A DNA stretch of 63,411 bases, the filler included, from Octopus bimaculoides (Eukaryota), in the NCBI RefSeq assembly GCF_001194135.2. It is 4 parts of 4 records of this genome, joined end to end, with 100 filler letters (N's around TTAATTAATTAA, not from the genome) between each part and the next. Parts side by side here need not be neighbours in the genome. Positions count along the whole stretch, not along the records: positions 1 to 12,658 come from NC_068982.1; positions 12,759 to 40,664 come from NC_069004.1; 2 more parts are not named here. One strand, written 5' to 3'. Position 1 is the first letter of the stretch, and every line of letters begins with the position of its first letter. The position numbers and the translations under genes are program-made. The notes beneath the pieces are model-generated. The model worked only from the letters and a program-made list of their open reading frames with translations, did no database searches and was not told the origin of the DNA. Shown here piece after piece: positions 10,649 through 21,511 of this stretch.

Positions 10649-11243
10649 CTGAAAAGCAAAAGTAGAAGAGATCGAAAGAGAGTTGACCAGAAGAAAAACT
10701 AACGTTTTGGCATTATTTCTCTCTCATACTAGCACATACACACACACACTCACACACACATGAATCTGCTAACTGAATATCTAAAACAGAGACGTCATCT
10801 TCATGAAAAACAACAGTCATGTTAGTGTTAATTAAATGCGGGGAGCATTTAAAAGCTAATGATGAGGTCATGCCACAATAATATTGAAGCATGTTCGAAA
10901 TTATCTTCTCCTTATTCATTCGCCAACAGTCCGCAAAAGTATACCTCCATTGTAACATATATATATATATATATATATATATANNNNNNNNNNNNNNNNN
11001 NNNNNNNNNNNNNNNNNNNNNNNNNNNNNNNNNNNNNNNNNNNNNNNNNNNNNNNNNNNNNNNNNNNNNNNNNNNNNNNNNNNNNNNNNNNNNNNNNNNN
11101 NNNNNNNNNNNNNNNNNNNNNNNNNNNNNNNNNNNNNNNNNNNNNNNNNNNNNNNNNNNNNNNNNNNNNNNNNNNNNNNNNNNNNNNNNNNNNNNNNNNN
11201 NNNNNNNNNNNNNNNNNNNNNNNNNNNNNNNNNNNNNNNNNNN

Positions 11244-11550
11244 GGTTAGAGCATTCGATTCACGATAGTAAGGTCGTGAGTTCAATTCTCGGCGACGCGT
11301 TGTGTCCTTGAAAAGACACTTTATTTCACGTTGCTCCCGTCCACTCAGCTGGCAAAAATGAGTTGTACCTGTATTTCAAAGGGGCCAGCCTTGTCACACT
11401 CTGTGTCACGTTGAATCTCCCCGAGAACTACCTTACGGGTACACGTATCTGTGGAGTGCTCAGCCACTTGTACGTTAATTTCACGAGCAAGCTGTTCCGT
11501 TGATCGGATCAGCTGGGACCCTCGTCGTTGTAACCGACGGAGTGCTCCTA
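11244..11550 (+). mobile_element. tRNA-like SINE family C
   Basis: ggttagagcattcg..gagttcaattctcggc (A/B-box-like), gtccttgaaaagacactttatttcacgttgct..ccactcagctggcaaaaatgag; second copy at 61815-62040. Confidence 0.8.
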
Positions 11551-11733
11551 TTATTTAAGATATTTTAAAGTGATTTTGTATTATTCTGTGTATGTAATAC
11601 GACAATATTGTGGCAGTATATTGAAAAAAAAAAGAATGAAATCATAAATTTATCATAAATAAACTACTTTATCGGAGTGTCATATTTCGATTAACGGTAT
11701 AATTGTTAATGTTTTGGTCAAGACAATTGTCAC

Positions 11734-11906
11734 TGTTGTGTCGACGCTCCCAGGCGAAGAAGTAGGACTCCCAAGACATAAATAGAGGTAGTCTGGCCGA
11801 AGTAGGAGTGTTAAGTAGCAATTGAGTAGCAGTCTAGTAGCAGTTGTGTAGCGGTTGAGTAGAGATCATCCGAAGGTGCTAGATAGCAGTAGCTTGAGAC
11901 ATAACA
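11734..11906. mobile_element. Solo LTR, 173 bp
   Basis: TGTTGTGTC...GACATAACA inverted termini (8/9 match) flanked by an exact 5-bp TSD GTCAC (11729-33 and 11907-11). Confidence 0.8.
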
Positions 11907-12264
11907 GTCACATAGGATGTAAAACTTGTATTTCTAACTATAGTTATATATTTATCCGCGATCAGCCTCCAGGGGGACGCACCACAGCTATAGTTTCGGA
12001 AATCATCCACTCATTGCAAATAGCCTAGAGGCGGATAAAATTGAACATACCATTAATCTTTCTTGGAGTATTTTTTCCTTTAGAGAATAAATAAATAAAT
12101 GTGTCTTAAAGGTAACACAGTCGTGAAATAATGTAAATCATGTGTCAGGCGTGGGTTATGTAAGCTGGAGGGGAGGACGTGCAATGAGATGATGTCACCT
12201 TCCAACATAATGCTGACGAATTGAAACCAATTTTAGTTTATACTAACATTTTGTCAATATATGA

Positions 12265-12550
12265 AGGCACAGGCGTGACCGTGCAGTAAGAAGCTTCCTT
12301 CCCAACCACATGGTTCCGGGTTCAGTCCCACTGCGTGGCACCTTGGCCAATTGTCTTCTGCTATAGCCTTGGGCCAACCAAAGCCTTGTGAGCCTAAAAG
12401 AAGCCCATCGTATACGTACGTGCGCGGTGTGGTGTGTTTGTGCCCCCGTAAGCCCGATAGAATAAGCACCAGGTTTTTTAAAATAAATACTGGGGTCGAT
12501 TCATTTTGCTAAGAATTCTTCGAATCTGTGCCCCAGCATGGTCGCAGTCT
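12265..12550 (+). mobile_element. SINE family A copy (internally deleted)
   Basis: aggcacaggcgtgaccgtgcagtaagaagc..ggttcagtcccactgcgtggcacc..ccccagcatggtcgcagtc. Confidence 0.8.
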
Positions 12551-12658
12551 TTTTACAGTAAATTATTTCTAATAACAATTATTGTGTCTAACGGATTTAT
12601 GTCCACTCGGCTCCCTAACCTAAGACACTCGGTCTCCCATTCGAAATAGGGATATAAT

Positions 12659-12758
12659 NNNNNNNNNNNNNNNNNNNNNNNNNNNNNNNNNNNNNNNNNN
12701 NNTTAATTAATTAANNNNNNNNNNNNNNNNNNNNNNNNNNNNNNNNNNNNNNNNNNNN
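12659..12758. other. Artificial 100-bp scaffold spacer
   Basis: 44 N + TTAATTAATTAA (stops in all six frames) + 44 N. Confidence 0.95.
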
Positions 12759-13310
12759 GTAAGAATTTCATGTGGCATTTTCCAGGGTGACTCACTATCA
12801 CCACTCCTCTTCTGTCTAGCCCTAATACCGCTCTCAAAATTGCTCAATGATGCACAGTATGGTTATAAAATATTTGATAAAAATATAAATCATCTCATTT
12901 ACATGGATGATTTAAAGCTCTTTGCAAAGAATGTCCATCAACTCAAAGTCCTACTAGCGATTGTTAAACAATTCAGTGATGACATCAGGATGCAATTTGG
13001 CCTTGATAAATGTGCAAAAGCTACCTTTATCAAAGGAAAAATGACAAAAACATCTAATGTGAACCTTGACCAGCAAAATGTCATAAAAGAGTTAGAACCA
13101 GCGGAGAGCTACAAATACCTAGGGGTAATTGAAGGGGACAATGTCAAGCATTCAGTGATGAGGGAAAGGATCAGAAAAGTATATTATCGCAGGGTGAGAG
13201 CAATACTGAAGACAGAGCTAAACGCAAGAAACAGGATCGAAGCCATACCAGTCGTGACTTACAGTCGTGACTTACAGTTTCAATATCGTTAACTGGTCAA
13301 TTACTGAAAT
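12759..13310 (+). mobile_element. R4/Dong-clade RT, later domains
   Basis: ISCGIFQGDSLSPLLFCLALIPLSK..HLIYMDDLKLFAK..FGLDKC..SYKYLGV..ELNARNRIEAI. Confidence 0.9.
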
Positions 13311-13559
13311 NNNNNNNNNNNNNNNNNNNNNNNNNNNNNNNNNNNNNNNNNNNNNNNNNNNNNNNNNNNNNNNNNNNNNNNNNNNNNNNNNNNNNNNNNN
13401 NNNNNNNNNNCTGGTGAACGATATTTCGACATCTCGTGTGTCTTCAACTGGTTAAAAAAAGAATGAGAAATGGTCTAGAGAAGATAATAAAGAAGTTCTT
13501 AAGGTCTTCTATCATGCCATGTATTTCCCCCAAAATAAATCTAATACTGTACAAACCTA

Positions 13560-15545
13560 TTTAAACTGGAGGCAGAAACACCTTGAAGTAAGACTTACAT
13601 AGTAACAAACTTGCCAACGTCAGAAGAAACATTATGAAAAAGAAATTACTAACTGAATTATAGATTGACCCAATTAAACAATTAGTAAGGGATAAAAGGA
13701 ACGAAGCTGCAGCTAAAGAAGATACTACAGAGGAAATAATTATAGACCAACCCAGGTCTGATGAAAATGCAATAATGATTGAATGAGTCAATGTAATTGA
13801 TAAGCAAAGTGAAATACTCTCTGAACCAACCATAAACACTAAGGCAGATGAAAATCAAATAGATGAAGAATGTTACACAGATATTGACCCAACAGAACTA
13901 CATGATCTAAAAAATCAAATCATGATTGAATGGCTGAAAATTAAAGAAACCAGTATGAATGAACGCGACAGTCTCCCAAATGTTCGCAATTTAATCAAAA
14001 CCTGAAAGTAATTAGTAAAATCCGCCTTGCACTTAAGGATATAATTTCAGCTAATGATGTAGACATTACAGATCTCAATCATCTGTACTATGCATCTGTG
14101 GTGAAAAGATAAGAAAACGATAACATTCCCACAAAAAGCCTACTTGGCAAGAGCGTATTCAACACCAAATTCAGCTATTTAGGTCTGACATAGAATGTTT
14201 TAAAAAACCTTAAGTTTGACAAGATCATCAAACCTACAAAAATCCGAAAATAAAAGAAAAATATAATATGAAAACCATACTTGACATCGATACCATCATA
14301 GAAACTATCAAGAAAAATTTATGTACTAAAGCTGCCCACATAGCAAGGTATGAAAAGCACGTTAGATTCTCCAAGGACAACAACATGTTCAAAAATAGCC
14401 CCAAAACTTTTTACAGGAAGATAGGGAAAATACCAGTTACAGTAAAATCTGTCCCATCAAAAGAAGTGCAGGAATTTTGGAATAAAATTGGGATAGAAAA
14501 AAACACAATGAAAAGGCCCCTTGGATATCTACAAATTTAGAATATCTACAAATTTATACTCCTTAGAAGAGCAAAAGTGGAATGGTATCAAGGTAGAGGA
14601 TGTAATATCTGCTCTCAGGAAGTCAAGCAAATGGAAGTCACCAGGAAAGGATAAAATTTCTAACTTCTGGGTGGATGCCTTCTCAGACGCCATGAACTGC
14701 TAACAAAATTTTACAACAATGTTTAGCAACAACCTAGTATGATTCCCTCTTGGCTTGTTAATGGTGTAGCATTCCTACTTCCAATGAAGAAACAAACGAA
14801 CCAAAAAATTATAGACCCATAACCTGCTTAACCACAACGAAATGCAATAATGATCGAATGAGTTAATGTGATTGATAAGCAAAGTGAAATACTCTCTGAA
14901 CCCACCATAAACACTAAGGCAGATGAAAATCAAATACATGAAGAATGTCACACAGATATTGACCCAACAGAACTACACAGATATTGACCAAACAGAACTA
15001 CACAGATATTGACCCAACAGAAGTACTAACATCTGTTTTGACTGAATATACCTATAGTTTTTTTAATAGAAAGTGGCATATTTCCTAATGAGCAAAAAGG
15101 ATGTAAACGTGGGTCCTATGGTTGTAAAGATCAGCTACTCATCAATAAGATGATCTTGGAAGATTGTCACAAACGACACAAAACTTGCCGATAGCCTGGA
15201 TAGACTATAGAAAAGCTTTTGATAGTCTACCATATAGCTGGATTAAGAAATGTCTGGAAATATATAAAATAACACCTACTCTGTGAAACTTCTTGTCTGT
15301 AAGTATGAGTTCATGGAGAATCACACTGACTTTGAACAGTGACAATGAATCTCTCAATGCTGGAGATGTAAGGACTGGCCAAATATTTTGAAACGTCAAA
15401 CGACTGGATGCTAAAAGTCGTTGAAAACCGCAAAAGACTTAAGAAGCTTCATTCTGTTATGAAGGAGAGTACAAAATTTGCATCTCAAGACGGTTACAAT
15501 ACTAGTGATTGTTGGAGCACTTGGAATGATCAGCAAAGGACCTGA
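13560..15545 (+). mobile_element. R4/Dong-clade element, N-terminal part to early RT, internally deleted
   Basis: [81 protein letters not shown], then jumps to LAKYF.. and IVGALGMI; many stops. Confidence 0.9.
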
Positions 15546-15746
15546 AAATTATTATGTGTTTTGTCTTCCCCTTTTCTCTATCAAATGACTTTGTAAATGA
15601 ACAATCTGGTATGTTTATTTTAATGGCCTACCCAATGTATATAGTTAGTTTCTCTGCTCTAGGTGTCAGGAAGACACTCGGCAAGAAATGGAAGCAGAAT
15701 TGAAAGATGATGATGATGATAATGATAATGATGATGATGATGATGA

Positions 15747-17260
15747 TTCTTTTTTTATTGGCCACAAGGGCCGCACACAAAAACAAAGACAATACAAAAC
15801 AAGGGAAGTGTAAACGATAAAAAGCAACAATTTGATAATGAAATTATAAAATAGTCACAAGAAGGGAGCATCATCCAAAGGCGACTAACGAATCCTGCAG
15901 CTCCCAAGTCACTGTGCTCACTAGGTACACAAATATCAAATGTTCCTCTCTGTTTTCTGTAAACTCCAGCATGTTTGGAGCAGGTTCATTTACTCATGCC
16001 ATTCTCGCTACATTCACCTACCTTTCAACAAATATACTGAGAGACAGTAACTCCCTCTGCACCCTCACTTTCCTTTCCAAGTGGAACCTGAAAAAGTTTA
16101 TGACGTTTTGGCCGAAGAGGAAAGTGCCTGTCTTCATCCCTCTCAGTCGTGTCCTCTACACCACTTCTTTCGCCAAGGCCACCAAACAGAAAAAAAATGT
16201 TCGTCCATCTCGGCCAAAAGAAGGTGGTGATGCGATCTTCACAGTAGAGTCGGTCGATAGCCAAATACGTACTACACGAAACAGCAGGTGTTCTACACAA
16301 CTCCACAAGTCAACAGTGCTCGATCACTGTACGAGTGCGTACAGAATGATTTCGTCGTTCTGCGCATATCAGGTGCAGTTGACGACACTATGATGTCGAG
16401 TTTATCTCGAACCGGCAATGCCACCTGGTAACACTACCAGGCCAGGGATTTCTGGAAGTTATGTACAGGGCCTGGCCCTAAAGTTCTTCGGAAAAGACCT
16501 GCATATTGATTTCCAGTGACGCTCAGAGCTTCCTCGAGAATCCTCTTTAGAACGCAGTGGTCGAACACCCACCGACCGCACAGCCTAACTGGCAGAGGGC
16601 TGTGAGTGCCTAGTGGCACTCTAGGTGCCAGGGTCTTTGTTTCAATCATCGTTTGATTCATGACTGACACTTAGTCAAGAAGATCAGCTGCGGAAAGGCG
16701 CGTGTCACAAACGGCAACCACACATGTTCACTGTCAAGTAAACGCTGGAAATGTCGCTCGCATCCTCAGCACATGTCTTCACATTATAATCCATGGTATG
16801 CCTACTCCTCTTCTTAGCGGATGTTGACAACAAATGGACCGTCTGACTGACAGAATACATCCCCTTCACAGAAAGCGGAAGAGCAAGTACTCACTCCAAT
16901 GTGGTCGACCATGAAGCAGAACAAGGCTCGACGGTCAGGCAGTAATAGATGACGGATACAATATAAGCATTCTCCACCTCCGCTCGGCCCTTTGGGGATA
17001 GTTTCCTCTCAGCCCGTTTCTGGGTGGGACTAGCCACTTCATAGTTCCTCAGATTTGAACCGATCAACTCGATGTGTTTCGTGTCCGATACAATTACGGT
17101 GACGTCGTCAGCATGTGCAAACATGGATCTTCCACATCCTAGTTCTCACGGGATGCCCATTGAAACATGTAACTTCTGCAGTAGTGTCTCTAGAGTCAAT
17201 ACGTACAGAAGAGGAGAGAGGGGGCATCTTTGTCGGACCGAATGCATGATACTAAGCGGT
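15747..17260 (-). mobile_element. Tx1/L1-clade LINE ORF2 (RT to Cys/His domain) with 3' UTR
   Basis: RSVRQRCPLSPLLYVLTLE, AHADDVTVIV, AW..ALPVRDKL.RH..C..ND E.I.YALV motifs; 3' end ggcccttgtggccaataaaaaaagaa followed by (TCA)n. Confidence 0.8.
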
Positions 17261-17338
17261 TAAGAGAAGTAGTCATTTACACTGACCACCGAGCAAATGT
17301 CGTTGTACACGGCAAAGATCCAACTCCTCAAAACAAGA

Positions 17339-17473
17339 TCAAAACAGCCGTCAAGAGGACAGTCACCAAAAGGTCAACCGCCAAGAGGACAGCCGCCTAG
17401 AGGACAGCCGCCTAGAGGACAGCCGCCTAGAGGACAGCCGCCTAGAGGAAAGCCGCCAAGAATACAACCACCA
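17339..17473 (+). repeat. 15-bp tandem repeat (about 9 units), translating as RGQPP in one frame
   Basis: agaggacagccgcct x4 exact plus variant units such as aaaggtcaaccgcca and agaggaaagccgcca. Confidence 0.9.
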
Positions 17474-18369
17474 AGTATTGATGGTCGACTCTATCAAGCA
17501 CTTTAGACTGATGTAAATTGATCGTAGAGCCTCACTCTTGGTGTATCACGTGAGATGGAGGTTGTCATGGATAAAACTGTTTGATATAGCACATATCTGA
17601 GCCTCACGTACCAGAGGCACATATCTGTATCTCACCTATCGACGACAAGCGTCAACCTTTTAGCTAACACCTTAGGTCAACATCTTCAACTCTGTACTTA
17701 ACAAGGTTATGGCCAGAAGTTGTTAAAATCATCCCACCCCCGTATTCGGAACTTTCTTCAGCAGTACCACCATACCTCTTTTTGCGGGGCAGGGAATTCT
17801 CCCGTTTTGCTGCTAGTTGCGGCAGGCATCCCTCAAGAGTCCTCCGAACGAATGTAGCACATCTATACTATAATGGAGAACGCTGCTTATTAATTAGGTA
17901 TGTAACAATTACTAAAAGTACTAAACGAAAGCAATTATTTAAGGGTTGACCGTCTGGAAATATTTTTATAAATTCATGTTCTAAGAAATTTCCTATAATT
18001 TCGATTTCTCAAGTTTACTGAATTTTTTTAACTCCAATTTCTCGCAAATTTATATATTCACTGCGTCCAATTCTTCTCAAATTTAAATATTCATTGCATT
18101 CACTGCGGAGTATTCCATTTTCATTTGCAGAGTCTCTCACTTTCTCTTTTAAATTTTAATTCGATATTAATGTATACGTAATGTAAAAACATTAGTTATT
18201 GAATGAAATTTTTTTTTAAATACCCGTATAATTTTTGAACGCGGGATAGCTGTGAGAAGAGCCGAGAAAGTTGAATAATTAGAAGACGAGGAGAGAAAAA
18301 CAAGTTACCGACAAGTACTCGAAAGTTGCACCTTATTCACAGTTTCCAAACACAACTTCAACACTGACG

Positions 18370-18409
<40 letters not shown>

Positions 18410-18468
18410 AATACACACTCGCGCGAACACAGATACACATACTCACAAATGAAAGGCAATGAATGTGC

Positions 18469-18509
<41 letters not shown>

Positions 18510-18567
18510 CTGTTCACTGACAAAACTTCGTGCTGCATCACTTTTCTGAAGTTTTGTCAGTGAACAG
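18510..18567. other. Perfect 20-bp hairpin with an 18-nt loop
   Basis: ctgttcactgacaaaacttc (18510-29) / gaagttttgtcagtgaacag (18548-67). Confidence 0.9.
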
Positions 18568-19044
18568 GTCGCGGTTTCAAAGCGACGAAAATGTCTTGAC
18601 ATAAATGAAGTTTTAATGTTGAAATGAAACTAATGGTATTTGTGTTCTTGAATGGTTTACAAATATCTTCCACTCTGCAATTGCTTTTGTTTCAGCACAT
18701 GATCTCAGATTAAGTCACTTGCTATGCAAGTACATCTCCGTAATTTTTTTAAAATCACTGGATAAATACCAGCAATGACTTTCGCAGGCTCTCCAATCGG
18801 GGCAGGGAGTGGGGTTGCAAAAAGTTTCTCAAATTTTCAGTTTTGTAGCATATAAATGTATTTATGGGGGGAAATATTGAAAAACATCAATATATGCGTC
18901 ATAAAGAAATGAGGTGGGTTGTTTTTGGATATGCTAGAAACAACAGCCAAATCGCGCTTAAATCACTTTTCCCTTTGAAAATATTAACAATTAAAAAAAA
19001 AAATTACCGAAAATGCTCTTCCCATGGTTTTGAAGTGCAAAGAG

Positions 19045-19733
19045 GGATCTAGTTCAAAACGGGGGCACCAGTATTTTCTTAACGAAACACTTTGAAACTT
19101 GGGACACTGGTAGAATGTGTCATATAAAACATCTTTTTCTCTTAGTCTTCTAAACAAAAAAACGTACATCGCAAGTTATTTCATGTTAAAGTTGTCGTAT
19201 TTCTGTAATTTCAACCAATGACTGACGTCCATTCAGCCGAATACAGTAAGTGCTGACTACGTAAACAAACGATTCTCAAACGATTTTGGCGGTGATAAAA
19301 TTATTATTTCCTTGTCAAAAAATGGCTGAAGCATATTGGCAGTAGGGTTAGGGTTAGGCAGTAGCTAATAAACCTTTCATACAGTTCAGGCAGATGTTAA
19401 CGAAATAAACACGCGTGAAAGAAAGTGAAAAAAGCAAATGTTATACACATACAGTTCAGGCAGATGTTAACGAAATTATAAATGGAGATTAAATACGCTT
19501 TACACCGCTTAAACTGCCAAAGGAGTAAGTGTAAACAGCTGAATACTTGTCAGTGATTGGTTGAAATTATCAAAATAAGACAATTTTTTACATGAAATAA
19601 CTCCGAATACAAAAATTTTTCTCTGTTCTATAACACAAAATAGATAAGTATACGAAGTTTGAAAGTCTTTCGGTACCAAAAACACTACATAAAACATAAA
19701 TGAAAACTGGTGCCCCCGTTTTGAACTAGATCC
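19045..19733. mobile_element. MITE, 689 bp, with long terminal inverted repeats; superfamily unresolved
   Basis: Perfect 27-bp TIR ggatctagttcaaaacgggggcaccag (19045-71) / 19707-33; about 200 bp of imperfect subterminal IR; flanks gcaaagag / gcaaaaag (7/8, possible TSD). Confidence 0.85.
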
Positions 19734-19924
19734 GCAAAAAGAAATTGGCCCAAATAGGTCGGGACTGGGATGATGAGAGAGGGGGTGTAAAAAAAGAGTT
19801 TTCAAAACTTTTTTCATACAAATGTGCCCCCACTCCCGCCAACTCCATTTCGAAGGTTGTGGTTCGAAGAGGCCATGAGAAAACCACTCGGAGGGTGGTC
19901 TTTCTGCTATTTATGATAAAACTC

Positions 19925-20580
19925 AAAGGTTAAACCATCCATCTCCGGCGACTTCGCCATCATGCAGTCCGTTATAGCTTCCTGTATTTTGTCAGCTGTT
20001 ATCGGCTTTTCGTAGAACTCCGCATCCCCAGCCGAGAGCTGCGGTAGACCATAAAGTTAGGAGGTAATGTCCACGACCCCGTCACCGGTCCACCGTCTAA
20101 CGCAAATAGTTGAGCCAAGTGCCACTGAAAAGCGCACACTGAAGAACTGAGTGGTACACAACCCTTCCGATTTGTTAAAAAGTCATCTCATATATCACGT
20201 GAGTTTCAAAACAGAGCCGGACGCTGTCCGTTGGCTGTTTTGCGTTGATGGGGCACTGGTTCAGGCAGCATTGTGTCCTGTATATTGTTATTGTGGGAGA
20301 GGTAGTGTCTGAGGGTGTAGCCTCGTCTCGTGATTCTGACAGGGAGGTCAGTCCTTTTGACGTCGTTCCTTATCTTGCTCCCTTGTATAGAAAGTTGATA
20401 TATATCCATTTATTACCTCTCTGTTTCTCCTTTTTCTGTTTGTCTACTTTCCTCTTTCCTTCTGTCGTTGTTGAAGTTGAAGTTATTTGTTGTTGGAGGC
20501 GGTGTTGCTAATGCCGCTGTTGTTGTCGCAGTGACTGTTGTTACCGTTGTTCGTGTTGTTGTGATGGTGATTGTTATTGT
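19925..20580 (-). mobile_element. Internally deleted Tx1/L1-like LINE (ORF1-like Thr-rich part plus RT-proximal part)
   Basis: GLPQLSAGDAEFYEKPITADKIQEAITDCMMAKSPEMDG matches the PIT..EI..AI..KSPG.DG motif; upstream Thr-rich tract resembles 26100-26460. Confidence 0.6.
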
Positions 20581-20584
20581 TAAA

Positions 20585-20659
20585 CTAAAAAAATCTAAAA
20601 TAAGTTTTCATTGGGTGTACCATTCAGAAAGTCATGCAGCCGCAGGTTCCCCATGACTG
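20585..20659. mobile_element. Single hAT (Charlie-like) terminus
   Basis: gccgcaggttccccatgactg (reverse complement CAGTCATGGGGAACCTGCGGC) followed by gtatagaa, resembling an nTCTAGAn target; partner end not found. Confidence 0.5.
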
Positions 20660-20681
20660 GTATAGAAGGTACATTGAAAAC

Positions 20682-20717
<36 letters not shown>

Positions 20718-21511
20718 ATCTGATGAAAACAGTCACATTTATTGGAAAGCAACTCTTAACTTCATTCGCCACGCATGCTCATGCAGACATAAGTAAATCA
20801 GCACCAGCCCCTCGTTGACGCTTAAGTTTCTTCTTGGAGAGCATCCATTGCCCATCTGAAGTCTGTGTATGAACACTGTCATCGTTTGGATCAACAACAT
20901 TGAGTAAATAATTGACAACTTCATGAGCATAGAAGTTATCTTGACCCACATAGAAAGGCCACATATCAGATATCAAATGTGTTTTATGAAGTTTTGGGAT
21001 GTCGTTATCGTCACTTTTAGTTTCCATCGCAATTTACTTTCATTTTTGTAGGACAATTTCCCCCCACTTTTTTATAATCGTAACCTGCGTGTTAACCAAG
21101 CAATGCACTGAGGTCCCTACAAACACAAACACCACAAAACTTGAAATTTATATAAATAGAATTATAGAAAAAAAATTTGAAGTTCTAAAATAACCAAAAA
21201 CATAAAATTTTAAAAATGTAGTCTTATTCGACTTCATTTAAAAGACCATACCTCTATAGGATGGTTGCAAATGTTATGACTNNNNNNNNNNNNNNNNNNN
21301 NNNNNNNNNNNNNNNNNNNNNNNNNNNNNNNNNNNNNNNNNNNNNNNNNNNNNNNNNNNNNNNNNNNNNNNNNNNNNNNNNNNNNNNNNNNNNNNNNNNN
21401 NNNNNNNNNNNNNNNNNNNNNNNNNNNNNNNNNNNNNNNNNNNNNNNNNNNNNNNNNNNNNNNNNNNNNNNNNNNNNNNNNNNNNNNNNNNNNNNNNNNN
21501 NNNNNNNNNNN

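Noticed and set aside
10740-10960. Open minus frame WRYTFADCWR..DIQLADS upstream of the TM exon as an ectodomain exon
   Set aside because: No convincing acceptor for the long version, the donor derives from a GT microsatellite, and no domain is recognisable.
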